A stretch of DNA of 62,796 nucleotides, taken from a virus. Lineage: Duplodnaviria > Caudoviricetes. The stretch is taken from positions 1 to 62,796 of the IMG/VR virus record IMGVR_UViG_3300012971_000022, one strand, 5' to 3'. The notes under the pieces are model-generated. The model did not search any database. It had not been told where the DNA came from and was given only the letters and a program-made list of their open reading frames with translations. Both the position numbers and the translations under genes were made by a program. This document shows, piece by piece, positions 47,178 to 56,089 of this stretch; positions within the stretch are counted from its first letter, which is position 1; every line of letters starts with the position of its first letter.

Positions 47178-47602
47178 CCAAGGAAGACCAGACCGAATTG
47201 CGCCGGGAGCTACTGGCGCTCGACCAGCTGCTGACCAAGCTGGTGCCCGAGGACGATCTCAGCAGGCTCGCAATGGATGCCAAGCGGCAGAGCGCTGCGG
47301 CCCAGATGGTAGGAACCATCACGTTGGCGCGGGAGCTTCTGGGCAAGTCGATGAACCGGGTCATGGGTGCGCAGAACGGGAACCTCAAGGAAAGCCGCGC
47401 TCCAAGCGCCTACGGGGCGAAGCGGAACTGGATACGCGCGCATATGCCGAGTGATTGGACCCCCAAAAATGAGTTCGCGGCGCGGTGCCGCGCTTCCGGG
47501 GTTGGGTACTCCGCCATCGACAGCACCATCAGGTACATGGTTGCCAAGGGCGAGGCCAAGGCGCGGGGACCGAAGGGCAACAGGGAGATCATGAAGATAT
47601 GA
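47174..47602 (+). CDS. Hypothetical protein, possible C-terminal wHTH
   Basis: ATGA coupling on both sides. Confidence 0.65.
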   Translation: MTKEDQTELRRELLALDQLLTKLVPEDDLSRLAMDAKRQSAAAQMVGTITLARELLGKSMNRVMGAQNGNLKESRAPSAYGAKRNWIRAHMPSDWTPKNEFAARCRASGVGYSAIDSTIRYMVAKGEAKARGPKGNREIMKI

Positions 47603-48777
47603 ACATACCGAGGATCAGCAAGACCCAGTACAACATGTACGCGGAGCGCTGCCCGGTGCAGTACGAGTTTCGCTACGAACTGGGCATCAAGGAGAAGCCC
47701 GCCGGGGCGATGAAGCTGGGCGGCTCGGTCCACAAGGCCGTCGAGCACAACTACATTCAGAAGGCGGATAGCCATAAGGACATCCCGCTCGACGAGGCGA
47801 CCGACTACTTCTCGCAGAACCTGAAGCAGGAACTGGAGCGCGAGGAAGTCGACTACGACGAGGGCGAGACCCCGGGGACCCTGCAGGACCAAGGCGTCGG
47901 TCTGGTCAAGGCGCACCACACGGTCATCGCACCCGCAACCGCGCCCAAGTCCAAGGCGACGGTTGAGCAACCCATCTTCCAGCTGGTGATGGTGGAAAAG
48001 CTCAAGGACGGGACTCTTCAGCGTCTGCACACTACCCTGCCCGGGTTTCCCGGTGGGAACTACTTTCAGCGGATGGATGCTTCGAAGGCTTGGGCGGAGG
48101 CGGCGGTCCAGAAGATTCTCGACGAGAAGCGGGAACTGCTGCTGGCCTATCAGCTGGACTCGGTCCTCGACCTGACTGACGACCAAGACCGGGTGCGGGA
48201 ACTGAAGACGGCCGCGAGAACCCCATCAGAAGACTTCGCTCACAAGCTGGTCGACCTGACCCACTACGACCTCGCCTACCGTTGGATGACCAACGCGGCT
48301 CCCAAGGGGTTGGCCGTCGACATGCTGGTCAAGACCAAGGACCCCAAGGCACTCACCCTGCCCACCCGCCGCAGCAGGGCGCAGCTTGAGGCCCATCTGG
48401 ATCGCATCGGGATGATGGCGAAAGCGATTGAGCACCAGATTTTCATCCCGCGAACCGACTGGTTCGGATGTTCGAAACGGTTCTGTGGCTATTGGGATCG
48501 CTGTCCCTACGGTGGCAAAGGCGCGCCGGTCATCGTGGACCCCAATGGCGGACAACAACTGGCCGCGCAACTAAAGGAGTCGATCGACCGTGCCGAAGAA
48601 GCCAAAAGTAAAACCCAAGTCCAAGGCAAAGCCCAAGAAGAAGGCGGTGCCGGAGTCAGCAACCCACGACCTAGCGGCGGTGGCGGAGATACTCTCTTTG
48701 GAAATCAACCGCCATCCGGAGGGCAACGACGGCCTCCCCTTAGAATTGCGAAAAGAGTGGGTCCAAAAGCTCGCTGA
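47599..48777 (+). CDS. PD-(D/E)XK RecB/Cas4-like exonuclease
   Basis: S......CP..Y, G..VH, LD...ELKT, C...C.Y...C. Confidence 0.88.
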   Translation: MNIPRISKTQYNMYAERCPVQYEFRYELGIKEKPAGAMKLGGSVHKAVEHNYIQKADSHKDIPLDEATDYFSQNLKQELEREEVDYDEGETPGTLQDQGVGLVKAHHTVIAPATAPKSKATVEQPIFQLVMVEKLKDGTLQRLHTTLPGFPGGNYFQRMDASKAWAEAAVQKILDEKRELLLAYQLDSVLDLTDDQDRVRELKTAARTPSEDFAHKLVDLTHYDLAYRWMTNAAPKGLAVDMLVKTKDPKALTLPTRRSRAQLEAHLDRIGMMAKAIEHQIFIPRTDWFGCSKRFCGYWDRCPYGGKGAPVIVDPNGGQQLAAQLKESIDRAEEAKSKTQVQGKAQEEGGAGVSNPRPSGGGGDTLFGNQPPSGGQRRPPLRIAKRVGPKAR

Positions 48778-48811
48778 GATTCGCGACCGATGGGGCATGC
48801 ACCTCGACTGA
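48590..48811 (+). CDS. Small Lys-rich protein overlapping the exonuclease 3' end
   Basis: AAGGAG RBS; TGATG coupling to rusA. Confidence 0.6.
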   Translation: MPKKPKVKPKSKAKPKKKAVPESATHDLAAVAEILSLEINRHPEGNDGLPLELRKEWVQKLAEIRDRWGMHLD

Positions 48812-49308
48812 TGCTGAAGATCGTCATCGATGGGTTCGCGCAGGCGCAGCGTCCGCCGCAGGCTGCGATAGTTCCGCCGCTGCCGCCTTCCATGCGCAAG
48901 CGCCACCACGTCGCCATGTACACGCCCGCAGACGTGCGCAAGTGGCAGGTCGAGGCCAAGTTTCTGGCGACCGAGCAGATGCAGGGTAAGACCCCGCTGG
49001 CCGGGATGCTGGAGGTCGATCTCCGGGTCTACCTGCCACTGCCCAAGTCGATGCCGAATAAGAAGCGCTCGTGGGCACTCAGCGGTGCTGTTCGACCGAT
49101 CACCCGTCCCGATTGTGACAATTACGCAAAAAGTGTTTGCGACAGCATGAGCGGGGTGCTGTGGCTGGATGACGCGCAGATAGTCCAGCTGAATATCGGC
49201 AAGTGGTACTCGGAGAAGCCGCGCGTGGAGATCGAGGTGCGCGAGCGCGCCTATCCGAGCGGTGCGCCCGAAACCATCACAGGAGACCTGTTCGAAGATG
49301 GCAAGTGA
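48811..49308 (+). CDS. rusA: RusA-family Holliday junction resolvase
   Basis: RPDCDNYAK.V.D...G..W.DDAQIV...K.Y. Confidence 0.93.
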   Translation: MLKIVIDGFAQAQRPPQAAIVPPLPPSMRKRHHVAMYTPADVRKWQVEAKFLATEQMQGKTPLAGMLEVDLRVYLPLPKSMPNKKRSWALSGAVRPITRPDCDNYAKSVCDSMSGVLWLDDAQIVQLNIGKWYSEKPRVEIEVRERAYPSGAPETITGDLFEDGK

Positions 49309-49903
49309 AACCGCCTACCCCCTCGCGTGGCCGCAGGGCTGGAAACGCAACGGCTCACGCGCCAGCGCACAATTCCGTCACCAGCGGGGGAGCCTCCCCA
49401 TGGATGTAGCGTTACGGCGCTTAGGCGATGAGTTGGCTCGTCTGGGTGCGGAGCACGAGGTGCTCTCAACCAACTGCCAGCGTCGGGTCGACGGGAGCCT
49501 CAAGGTTTCACAGACTCCTGCCGATCCCGGCGTGGCAGTCTACTTCACGCTCAAGAAGCGGCGGGTGGTGCTGGCCTGCGATAAGTGGAACCGGGTACAG
49601 GACAATATCGCGGCCGTAGCAGCCCACATCGAGGCCCTGCGCGGGCAGGAACGCTGGGGTGTGGGCACTCTGGAGCAGGCGTTCAAGGGCTACGAAGCAT
49701 TGGAGGATTTCACTATGGGCATCCCGTGGCGTCGAATCTTGGGTTACAAGCCGGATGAGCATCCCACCCTGTCCGAGGTGGAGTTGAAGTGGAAGCAGCG
49801 CATGAAGGAGCTTCACCCGGATATCGTCGGGGGGATGGCCACCCAAGCCGCGCAGCTTAATGTCGCCATCACCGAGGCCCGAAAGGAGTTACGCGCAGCA
49901 TGA
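49298..49903 (+). CDS. Phage J-domain-containing protein
   Basis: AYPL.WP.GW.R, DPGVAVYF, ACD.W....N, C-terminal HPD J-like domain. Confidence 0.88.
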   Translation: MASETAYPLAWPQGWKRNGSRASAQFRHQRGSLPMDVALRRLGDELARLGAEHEVLSTNCQRRVDGSLKVSQTPADPGVAVYFTLKKRRVVLACDKWNRVQDNIAAVAAHIEALRGQERWGVGTLEQAFKGYEALEDFTMGIPWRRILGYKPDEHPTLSEVELKWKQRMKELHPDIVGGMATQAAQLNVAITEARKELRAA

Positions 49904-50091
49904 TCTTGGAATCGCTACTCGAAGGGTCCACTCGCAATGAATTGGCCAACACCTTGGCGGACCTGCTGGAGCCGATGATCGGCAAGAAGCGGGAAGATGA
50001 CATCCGGGTCCGCAGCTATATCGTGCGAAGCCACTGGAGAAAGCGATGGCATCCGAAGAAGCGCCACCTGCGAGTGGTCTCGTCGCGGTAA
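49900..50091 (+). CDS. Small basic protein
   Basis: AAGGAG RBS; VRSHWR motif. Confidence 0.65.
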   Translation: MILESLLEGSTRNELANTLADLLEPMIGKKREDDIRVRSYIVRSHWRKRWHPKKRHLRVVSSR

Positions 50092-50114
50092 AGGTCGAGG
50101 GCTATCGCGCCCGT

Positions 50115-50336
50115 CTAACCGCCGCCAATCTGGCGCGTCTTCGATTCTTCTATCCAACGCTCCAGATCGTTGCGATCGATGCGCCAGCTGGAGCCGACTT
50201 GAATTGCGCCGGGGATGCGGCCCCGCCGACACAGCTTGGAAATTGTGGGTGCCCCAACCCGTAGTCGCGCTGCCGCCTCGCGCACCGTGAACCAGCGTGT
50301 GTCGTCCGGGAACTGCTCTTCTATCCTCGGTTTCAC
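50115..50336 (-). CDS. HTH_17 excisionase-like DNA-binding protein (start approximate)
   Basis: FTVREAA.RL.V...TI..L...G.IP...VG.SWRI...DL..W. Confidence 0.85.
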   Translation of the reverse strand: MKPRIEEQFPDDTRWFTVREAAARLRVGAPTISKLCRRGRIPGAIQVGSSWRIDRNDLERWIEESKTRQIGGG

Positions 50337-50403
50337 TTCCCGCTGCTTGCGCTCCTTCGCTGGCTGCGGCCCCTTCCATTCACCCCAATGTGTACCACGT
50401 TCG

Positions 50404-50769
50404 CTAATGCCCATCGCTACTTTCCGGTGGTGGATCAGGAATCTGAACGCACTTGGCCCGCTGCTCAGGAGTCTTCGCATTGCTCAGACAGCCCTGCTGA
50501 GCCGCCCGAAGGGCAGCGCGCATGAATCCCTGAATCTGGCTGAAGTCGCCCTCCAGCTTCTTGTGCTCCTGTTGTAGCACGCTTAATTGATGCAGTTCTG
50601 ACAGGGTGTACTGGTCAAGGATGTTGATACGGTGGTTGATGTTGCCAGCAATGTACCATCCCGCAGAGATAGCTATTAGGCTCGGTACCCCTACGATCGA
50701 AACCGCAAGGTACGCGGGAGCTTTCGACCACCACGGTTCCTTGGCCGCAAGTTCTAACTCGCTTCCCAC
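50404..50769 (-). CDS. Lysis-cassette membrane protein (holin/antiholin-like)
   Basis: N-terminal TM, coiled coil, C-terminal Cys pair. Confidence 0.55.
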   Translation of the reverse strand: MGSELELAAKEPWWSKAPAYLAVSIVGVPSLIAISAGWYIAGNINHRINILDQYTLSELHQLSVLQQEHKKLEGDFSQIQGFMRAALRAAQQGCLSNAKTPEQRAKCVQIPDPPPESSDGH

Positions 50770-50783
50770 CCCTTTCGCGTCCC

Positions 50784-51383
50784 TTACGCTCCCTTAAGAC
50801 CTCTTATGTAGAACTGCGTGCACTTCGCCACCACCACCGCGCCGTCGGTATCGCAGCCTGCGACGACTACTAATGCGGGTGGCTTCCCGTTCGACGCTGG
50901 CTGAATCGTCCAGTTAGGCCAATTGGGAATGGGCGTTCCGTTAGCCGCCATCTTCTCGCCAGTGACGTAGTCAATACGCATACCGCTGACGTACACCGCC
51001 TGCCCCACCGGGACCGTACACCATGAATACGGGTAGTCGCCGCGCCCGTGCATGTAGCCCCAGTAGGGATACATCGGAAAATTAGGACCGTTGGAGTTGC
51101 TCACGCCAATGTCAACTCGACAGCGCGCTGCCACCGTACCCTGATTCTCCAGAATACTGATGAAGTGCGAGTACAGGACGAAGTCTCCTACTCCGCTCTG
51201 CAATGGAGTGAGGATGGCCACATAGCTGCCGTCCGGTTTCTTGAGTCCTTGCAACCACTGGCCAGAAGGCTTCGCCAGAGGAGCGGAGTAGAAATCTATC
51301 GGGTCTGAGTACTGGTCGAACCACTCCTGTACTGAGGATGATGAAGGTGGTGGAGTGCCACCACCCGATGGCGGACGTCCCAT
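50784..51383 (-). CDS. Hypothetical protein, paralog of 41820-42617
   Basis: AGGAG RBS; shared motifs. Confidence 0.75.
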   Translation of the reverse strand: MGRPPSGGGTPPPSSSSVQEWFDQYSDPIDFYSAPLAKPSGQWLQGLKKPDGSYVAILTPLQSGVGDFVLYSHFISILENQGTVAARCRVDIGVSNSNGPNFPMYPYWGYMHGRGDYPYSWCTVPVGQAVYVSGMRIDYVTGEKMAANGTPIPNWPNWTIQPASNGKPPALVVVAGCDTDGAVVVAKCTQFYIRGLKGA

Positions 51384-51394
51384 AAGTGTTTCTC

Positions 51395-51802
51395 CTATTT
51401 GCCCACCTTGTGAAACCTTAACCTGCCAATCTGCTGAATGAAGTTATCCGGCGTCGCCCAGTTGGGCGGCTTGATGCTGGTATCGTGGTAGCTATCGGCC
51501 CCGTCAATCGGATTGCCGATGCGGTGCTTCATCACGCCATCGGCGATGATGAGACATTCTTCCCAGACCGGATCGGTGTCCTTGGGCCAATTGGTTAACT
51601 GCGGGTCGCTGCTGTACGTCAGGCTGGAATATTGCAAGCGCTGAAACAGCACTGACATGGGCGTGTTGCCCCACGACGGCGAGGTCATCCGGTTCATGAT
51701 CGAATAGGCGACCGCGACCTTGCCCGCGTGCTTCTCGCCCCGGGCCTCCCGCCAGATGCACAGGGCCATGAAGACCATGTCGGCTTGCTTTTGCAGGGTC
51801 AT
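51395..51802 (-). CDS. Endolysin, SleB/Hydrolase_2 cell wall hydrolase
   Basis: A..IW.EARGE...G..AVA....NR...QYS...GA..YH...P.WA...IG...F. Confidence 0.93.
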   Translation of the reverse strand: MTLQKQADMVFMALCIWREARGEKHAGKVAVAYSIMNRMTSPSWGNTPMSVLFQRLQYSSLTYSSDPQLTNWPKDTDPVWEECLIIADGVMKHRIGNPIDGADSYHDTSIKPPNWATPDNFIQQIGRLRFHKVGK

Positions 51803-52104
51803 GGGCTGGAGGTGGTCTCGGTTTGAGTCGCCGGTCCCTTAGATGCCGACTTGGTGACAGAGCCGCTCGAAGATCCGAAAAAATACTGCAAGACCACGGA
51901 GACAAAACCGATCTCCGCACCAAGGATGAGTTGCGAATCGACAATCGCCGTACCTTTGTACACGACGTAGGCGACGAGCAGCACGAACTGCACGATGATG
52001 AAGATGCCGATCCAGAATCTTGCACTGGTGTCGAAGCGCAGCACCGCGCTGGCGTCGCTCTCGCCCTGTACCTTAGGCAGTGACGTGGTTGGGATGGGTT
52101 CCAT
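51799..52104 (-). CDS. Holin
   Basis: Two TM helices, QYFFGSS.GS..K motif, adjacent to the endolysin; GGAGGTG RBS. Confidence 0.8.
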   Translation of the reverse strand: MEPIPTTSLPKVQGESDASAVLRFDTSARFWIGIFIIVQFVLLVAYVVYKGTAIVDSQLILGAEIGFVSVVLQYFFGSSSGSVTKSASKGPATQTETTSSP

Positions 52105-52106
52105 AT

Positions 52107-52289
52107 TCACCTCCGGAGTGGCGCGGCGGACGGACTTGGGGACGGAGTAGACGAGCGCCAACCCTGTGGTGGTTCAGTCGGCCGGTTATACGGGGTAGGC
52201 ACAAAGGTCGGTCCCGGTCCCATTGGTCCCTGCGCCCACACGAGACCGGTGAACAGAATCGCCAGACACGCTAGAGCGAGCGCCTTCAT
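52107..52289 (-). CDS. Small secreted Pro-rich peptide
   Basis: 19-aa signal ending VWA|Q. Confidence 0.7.
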   Translation of the reverse strand: MKALALACLAILFTGLVWAQGPMGPGPTFVPTPYNRPTEPPQGWRSSTPSPSPSAAPLRR

Positions 52290-54208
52290 CAGCCAATCCC
52301 AAAACAGAAATACGAAAAATACCCGCCAGTCGCGCAGTTGACGCCTCCCGGCTGCTGGTAGCAGTTGACCTGTACTTGCACAGTGCTGTTCGCGCTATTC
52401 CACATCATGCCCGTGAACCCAAGTGGGGTCTCCACACACGCTGCGTTGTTCGCGAACGCCCGCGCAAAGTGAAGGGTGACCGGCCAAGCGTTCACAAAGA
52501 TATAGCCAAATGAATCGCGCGAATTTCCCCACACCGTACCGTTGGTGGCGGTGATGGCCGGGTAGTTCAGGTTGTTCTGCGCGTGGATGAGGTCGAGACC
52601 GTTAACGTCTACCTGCATCTCCAGCGTGAAGTTGATGTTCCCGCTTTGCTGCGGCCCGTTCAGATACCAGTAGAAGGCATTTGAGTTGATTGCGTAGAGA
52701 CTGTTCCCGCCGCCTCCACCACCATCCGCTATCCACTGTCCTGTCGTGTTATTCCAGTACGCGGCCCCGGAGAAGTTGATATTGGCCCAGTTGTTGGTGC
52801 CGATGTAGCCATTGCCAATCATCACGCCTTCGCCCGAGCCGTTTCCGGTCGGGCTGGCGTAACCGGCGAGTTCCAATCCCTGAAAGGAGTCGTTCGCAAG
52901 GCCGTAGCTGAAGCGACCCGTGATCGCGCCGCTGTTATAGAAGTTAATCGGCGGGGAACCGCCGCCAGCGTAGGCGACAAGGTTGATGCCTCCCGCCCCA
53001 CCACCATTCACATAAGTTTGATCAGGCAAATAGGGACCGCCAAAGCTGGAGCTATGCCCAGTGACGGCAAAGCCCGCTGCTGTGCCAACATCGTTGTACG
53101 CCCACAACCCCGCCTGCGCGCTGGCTCCGGTGCTAGGGTTATGAACCGATACTGCCGTCGCAGCGTTCTGGTTTTTGGTGACGGTGATCGGATCGGTTGC
53201 ATTGGTCGTCAGGGCGGCGTCACCAACATACAGCCCGTTCTGGCTGACGTTGGCCTGAATGTAGCTGTTGGAGCCAAACTTCACGGACGAGTTCGTGGCA
53301 CTGACAATCTCAATTCCGCCCGCGCCGCCAGACAGGAGATTGAGCGAATCCGGCAATTCGTTCGGTCCTGAAGCCGTATAGCCGCTGCTGAGAAATTCGA
53401 CAGCACCGTAACTGCCAGCAGGATTGGGCGCTGACTTGTCGTTGTTAAGATAGAAGGTTGTCGCTGCATTCGCACCGGGGTCCGTGTTCTTCAGCAACAT
53501 CGTGGTGTTGCCGTTGTAATCGTGTTCGGCCTGAAATATCCCGCCGCCCGTCGGTGCCGCCGCGCCGATGCCTATTGCCTTGACGGTGTTCGCCCCGGCG
53601 CTGGTCCAGAAGGTGCCGTCCGGAAAGGTGAACTGGCTGGTCGGACTCAGCGTGAGATTCTTGGTCATGGTCAGGCCACCCGTGTTCCACGTCGAGCCGT
53701 CAGGCGCGGTGAACAGACTGGTGGCGCTGATGGTGCTCATGGTCACGTTGCCGGTCCCGGTCAGCTGGGTGCCCTGCGCCAGATTGCCGAAGTCCGCCGC
53801 AACGCCGTAGGGGATGAATGCGGAAAAGGGCGCAGCGCACCCGGTGGTCTGTCCGCCCTGCGCGCCCGGGCACAGGGTAATCTGCATGGCAATGCCCTGC
53901 GGGAGCGCGACTGCGCGAATGTGGCCACCAGTGTCGGTGCCGGTGGTGACGTTGGTCGGGGGGACCGGGATGCTGTTGATGACCTGCAGCTTGATGCTGT
54001 TGAAGTTGATGGTCCCGTTAATGAAGGGTGATCCGTCGGCGTTCACCACGTTCCCGGTGATGGTGCACATCGGTAGCGCTCCCGGGGTGGGAGTCGCGGT
54101 GGGCGTGGCCACTTGCGCAACAGCGACCGGTGTGGTGACCCGCACCTGCACCTTCAGGCAGAACAGGATGGCGACGAGGATGAGCCAGATGATGACCAGC
54201 GTCCTCAT
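52289..54208 (-). CDS. Signal-peptide-bearing tail-fibre-like protein
   Basis: TGATG-coupled start MRTLVII; AVA|Q then PT linker; G/T/N-rich beta repeats; Cys-rich C-terminal tip. Confidence 0.8.
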   Translation of the reverse strand: MRTLVIIWLILVAILFCLKVQVRVTTPVAVAQVATPTATPTPGALPMCTITGNVVNADGSPFINGTINFNSIKLQVINSIPVPPTNVTTGTDTGGHIRAVALPQGIAMQITLCPGAQGGQTTGCAAPFSAFIPYGVAADFGNLAQGTQLTGTGNVTMSTISATSLFTAPDGSTWNTGGLTMTKNLTLSPTSQFTFPDGTFWTSAGANTVKAIGIGAAAPTGGGIFQAEHDYNGNTTMLLKNTDPGANAATTFYLNNDKSAPNPAGSYGAVEFLSSGYTASGPNELPDSLNLLSGGAGGIEIVSATNSSVKFGSNSYIQANVSQNGLYVGDAALTTNATDPITVTKNQNAATAVSVHNPSTGASAQAGLWAYNDVGTAAGFAVTGHSSSFGGPYLPDQTYVNGGGAGGINLVAYAGGGSPPINFYNSGAITGRFSYGLANDSFQGLELAGYASPTGNGSGEGVMIGNGYIGTNNWANINFSGAAYWNNTTGQWIADGGGGGGNSLYAINSNAFYWYLNGPQQSGNINFTLEMQVDVNGLDLIHAQNNLNYPAITATNGTVWGNSRDSFGYIFVNAWPVTLHFARAFANNAACVETPLGFTGMMWNSANSTVQVQVNCYQQPGGVNCATGGYFSYFCFGIG

Positions 54209-54447
54209 CAATGCTTGGTCGCTCCGCTCTTGGGCGGATCTTTGACGTTGAGTTGCTTCTGCAGGTCTTGGATTTGCTTTTGCTGCTGGGCGATGGTGTT
54301 CGCTGCCGCGCTCACCTCCGCGTTGCATCCCGTACGCTCCAGCAAGGTCTGGACTTGGGCCGGGTCCGTTGGCAAGCCCTGCGGGGTTTGCGCCCACGTT
54401 GCCGCCGCTAAGAGCATTGCCAAGATACTGAGCGAAAGGATTTTCAT
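54208..54447 (-). CDS. Small secreted coiled-coil protein
   Basis: 19-aa signal ending TWA|Q; heptad helix. Confidence 0.75.
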   Translation of the reverse strand: MKILSLSILAMLLAAATWAQTPQGLPTDPAQVQTLLERTGCNAEVSAAANTIAQQQKQIQDLQKQLNVKDPPKSGATKH

Positions 54448-54467
54448 CGTTGTTCACCAAGGGCAGT

Positions 54468-55865
54468 TTACGGAACCGCTGACTGGCAGATCCACTGGAC
54501 GTACTGCCCGCTAGGAATATTGGTGGTGAACGACATCCCAATTCCGCTGGCGCTTGAACTGATAGCGCACCCGGCAGGAGTCGACTGCGGCGAGCAGGTG
54601 CAGACCGGGGCTTGCGCCCACGCAAGTGCAAAGTTTACTGAGCAGGTAGCACCGGTGCCGTTGAACTGAACGTATCCGGCGTTGTCGCTTGAGTTCGTAA
54701 ATACCGTCCCCGTACCAGTGCCGCAGGTGCCTGCCGTGGGCGCGGCTGTCCCACTACGCTGGGTGCCGAAGTGGTTGTTGCCGAGCAGCAGCACTTGGTT
54801 GCCGTTGGCGAGCAGGAAGACATCGGCATTCGAACCCGAGCCGGTGGCTTCGATGAGGAGACCGTTGGCTCCATTCGCGGCGAGGTACGCCCGCCCGGGT
54901 GAGGCAAAACCCGAGGCTGTGTAGCCCGTACCCCAGATGCCCAAGTCGACGACGTTGGTCCCGTTGGAGGCGCGGGTGTACGCGAGCGCTCCGGTACCGG
55001 CGCTGTTGTTGGCGACCTGCAGAATCGAGCCGCCGTTATAATCGAATTCAGCGTTCAGGTAGGTGTTGGTTAGCGACAGCCTCGGGGTCGGCGTGAAGGT
55101 GGCACCCACGGTCAGACCGGTGTCGACGCCCCAGTACTGCATCGTGCTGCCGGGAATCTGTCCGAAGTAGAGCGGGGTGGCGTTATCCGCGATCCAGTTG
55201 GTCCCGTTGTAATGCGCGCCCGTAACGTACTGCACCCCGCCAACCGAGGTGATCGAACCGCTGGGAAAGGTGACCAGACTGCTGGTGTTGTTGGTCAGGG
55301 TCAGCGAGGGCATCGTGGTCGCGCCTGCGCTGAGAGTGCCGCTGACACTGGCGTTGCCGGTGACGGTGAGTGCACCGGTAGCGGTCGCCCCAGTGACCGT
55401 GAGCGTGCTGGACAGCGTGGTCGCTCCGGTTACACCGAGCGTGCCACCCATGGTGCTGTTCCCGGTGACGTTGAGGCTGGAGGCAACCACGTTGCCGCCG
55501 CTGCTCAATTGGATGCCGATGAGAATTGACGAGATGTCAGCCGTACTCGCTATCGGGATGAGGACCGGGGTCGGGTTGCCGCAGCCGCCTTGGGCCGGAG
55601 AGCAGAACACGAACTGACCCTGCAGGCCCTGCACGATGCCGATGGGAGCGATGGTGCCGTCCGCGCCAGTTCCGGTTGAAACCTGAGTCGGTGGAACCGT
55701 CGCGCCGCCCTGCAGGGTCTGCTGGACCATCGAGTTGAAGTGCACCTGACCATTCGCGACCGGCGTCCCGTCCGGGTTGTACACTTTGCCGGTGATGGTG
55801 CAGTTCGCGGCCCAGCCCAGTGCGGGCCAGAGCAGGAAGGCGAGCGTGGCGAGGAACTTCCTCAT
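54468..55865 (-). CDS. Signal-peptide-bearing tail-fibre-like protein
   Basis: ATGA-coupled start MRKFL; GWA|A; LxVTG repeats; P.C..S...W.C tip; N-domain paralogous to 52289-54208. Confidence 0.8.
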   Translation of the reverse strand: MRKFLATLAFLLWPALGWAANCTITGKVYNPDGTPVANGQVHFNSMVQQTLQGGATVPPTQVSTGTGADGTIAPIGIVQGLQGQFVFCSPAQGGCGNPTPVLIPIASTADISSILIGIQLSSGGNVVASSLNVTGNSTMGGTLGVTGATTLSSTLTVTGATATGALTVTGNASVSGTLSAGATTMPSLTLTNNTSSLVTFPSGSITSVGGVQYVTGAHYNGTNWIADNATPLYFGQIPGSTMQYWGVDTGLTVGATFTPTPRLSLTNTYLNAEFDYNGGSILQVANNSAGTGALAYTRASNGTNVVDLGIWGTGYTASGFASPGRAYLAANGANGLLIEATGSGSNADVFLLANGNQVLLLGNNHFGTQRSGTAAPTAGTCGTGTGTVFTNSSDNAGYVQFNGTGATCSVNFALAWAQAPVCTCSPQSTPAGCAISSSASGIGMSFTTNIPSGQYVQWICQSAVP

Positions 55866-56089
55866 GGAAGTGTAAATTTGGTTCCTCGATTGACCCCTAG
55901 GGGCGTGGCAGTCGGCGTCATGGTCGGCAGCGGTGTGAAGTTCCACGGCGAGGGTGGCGGCGGTTGACGCCACGGCGTTGGGAACACAGTCGGAACGGGC
56001 GTCGGTGGTGATCCTCGCGTGACCGGACCCTGCGCAAGAACGGTTCCGACGAATAGACACACAACCAATATGATCACTAGTCTGCTCAT
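55862..56089 (-). CDS. Small secreted Pro/Thr-rich peptide
   Basis: 19-aa signal ending VLA|Q. Confidence 0.7.
   Translation of the reverse strand: MSRLVIILVVCLFVGTVLAQGPVTRGSPPTPVPTVFPTPWRQPPPPSPWNFTPLPTMTPTATPLGVNRGTKFTLP

Noticed and set aside
47599-48777. Cas4 as evidence of CRISPR-Cas
   Set aside because: It sits between bet and rusA, the usual context of a phage recombination exonuclease
41280-50336. Excisionase-like HTH genes as proof of lysogeny
   Set aside because: No recombinase or att site recognised; HTH_17 proteins are common regulators
54209-54631. N-terminal extensions given by the ORF track for the 780-aa and 530-aa tail proteins
   Set aside because: They overlap other genes; coupled starts at 54208 and 55865 give clean signal peptides
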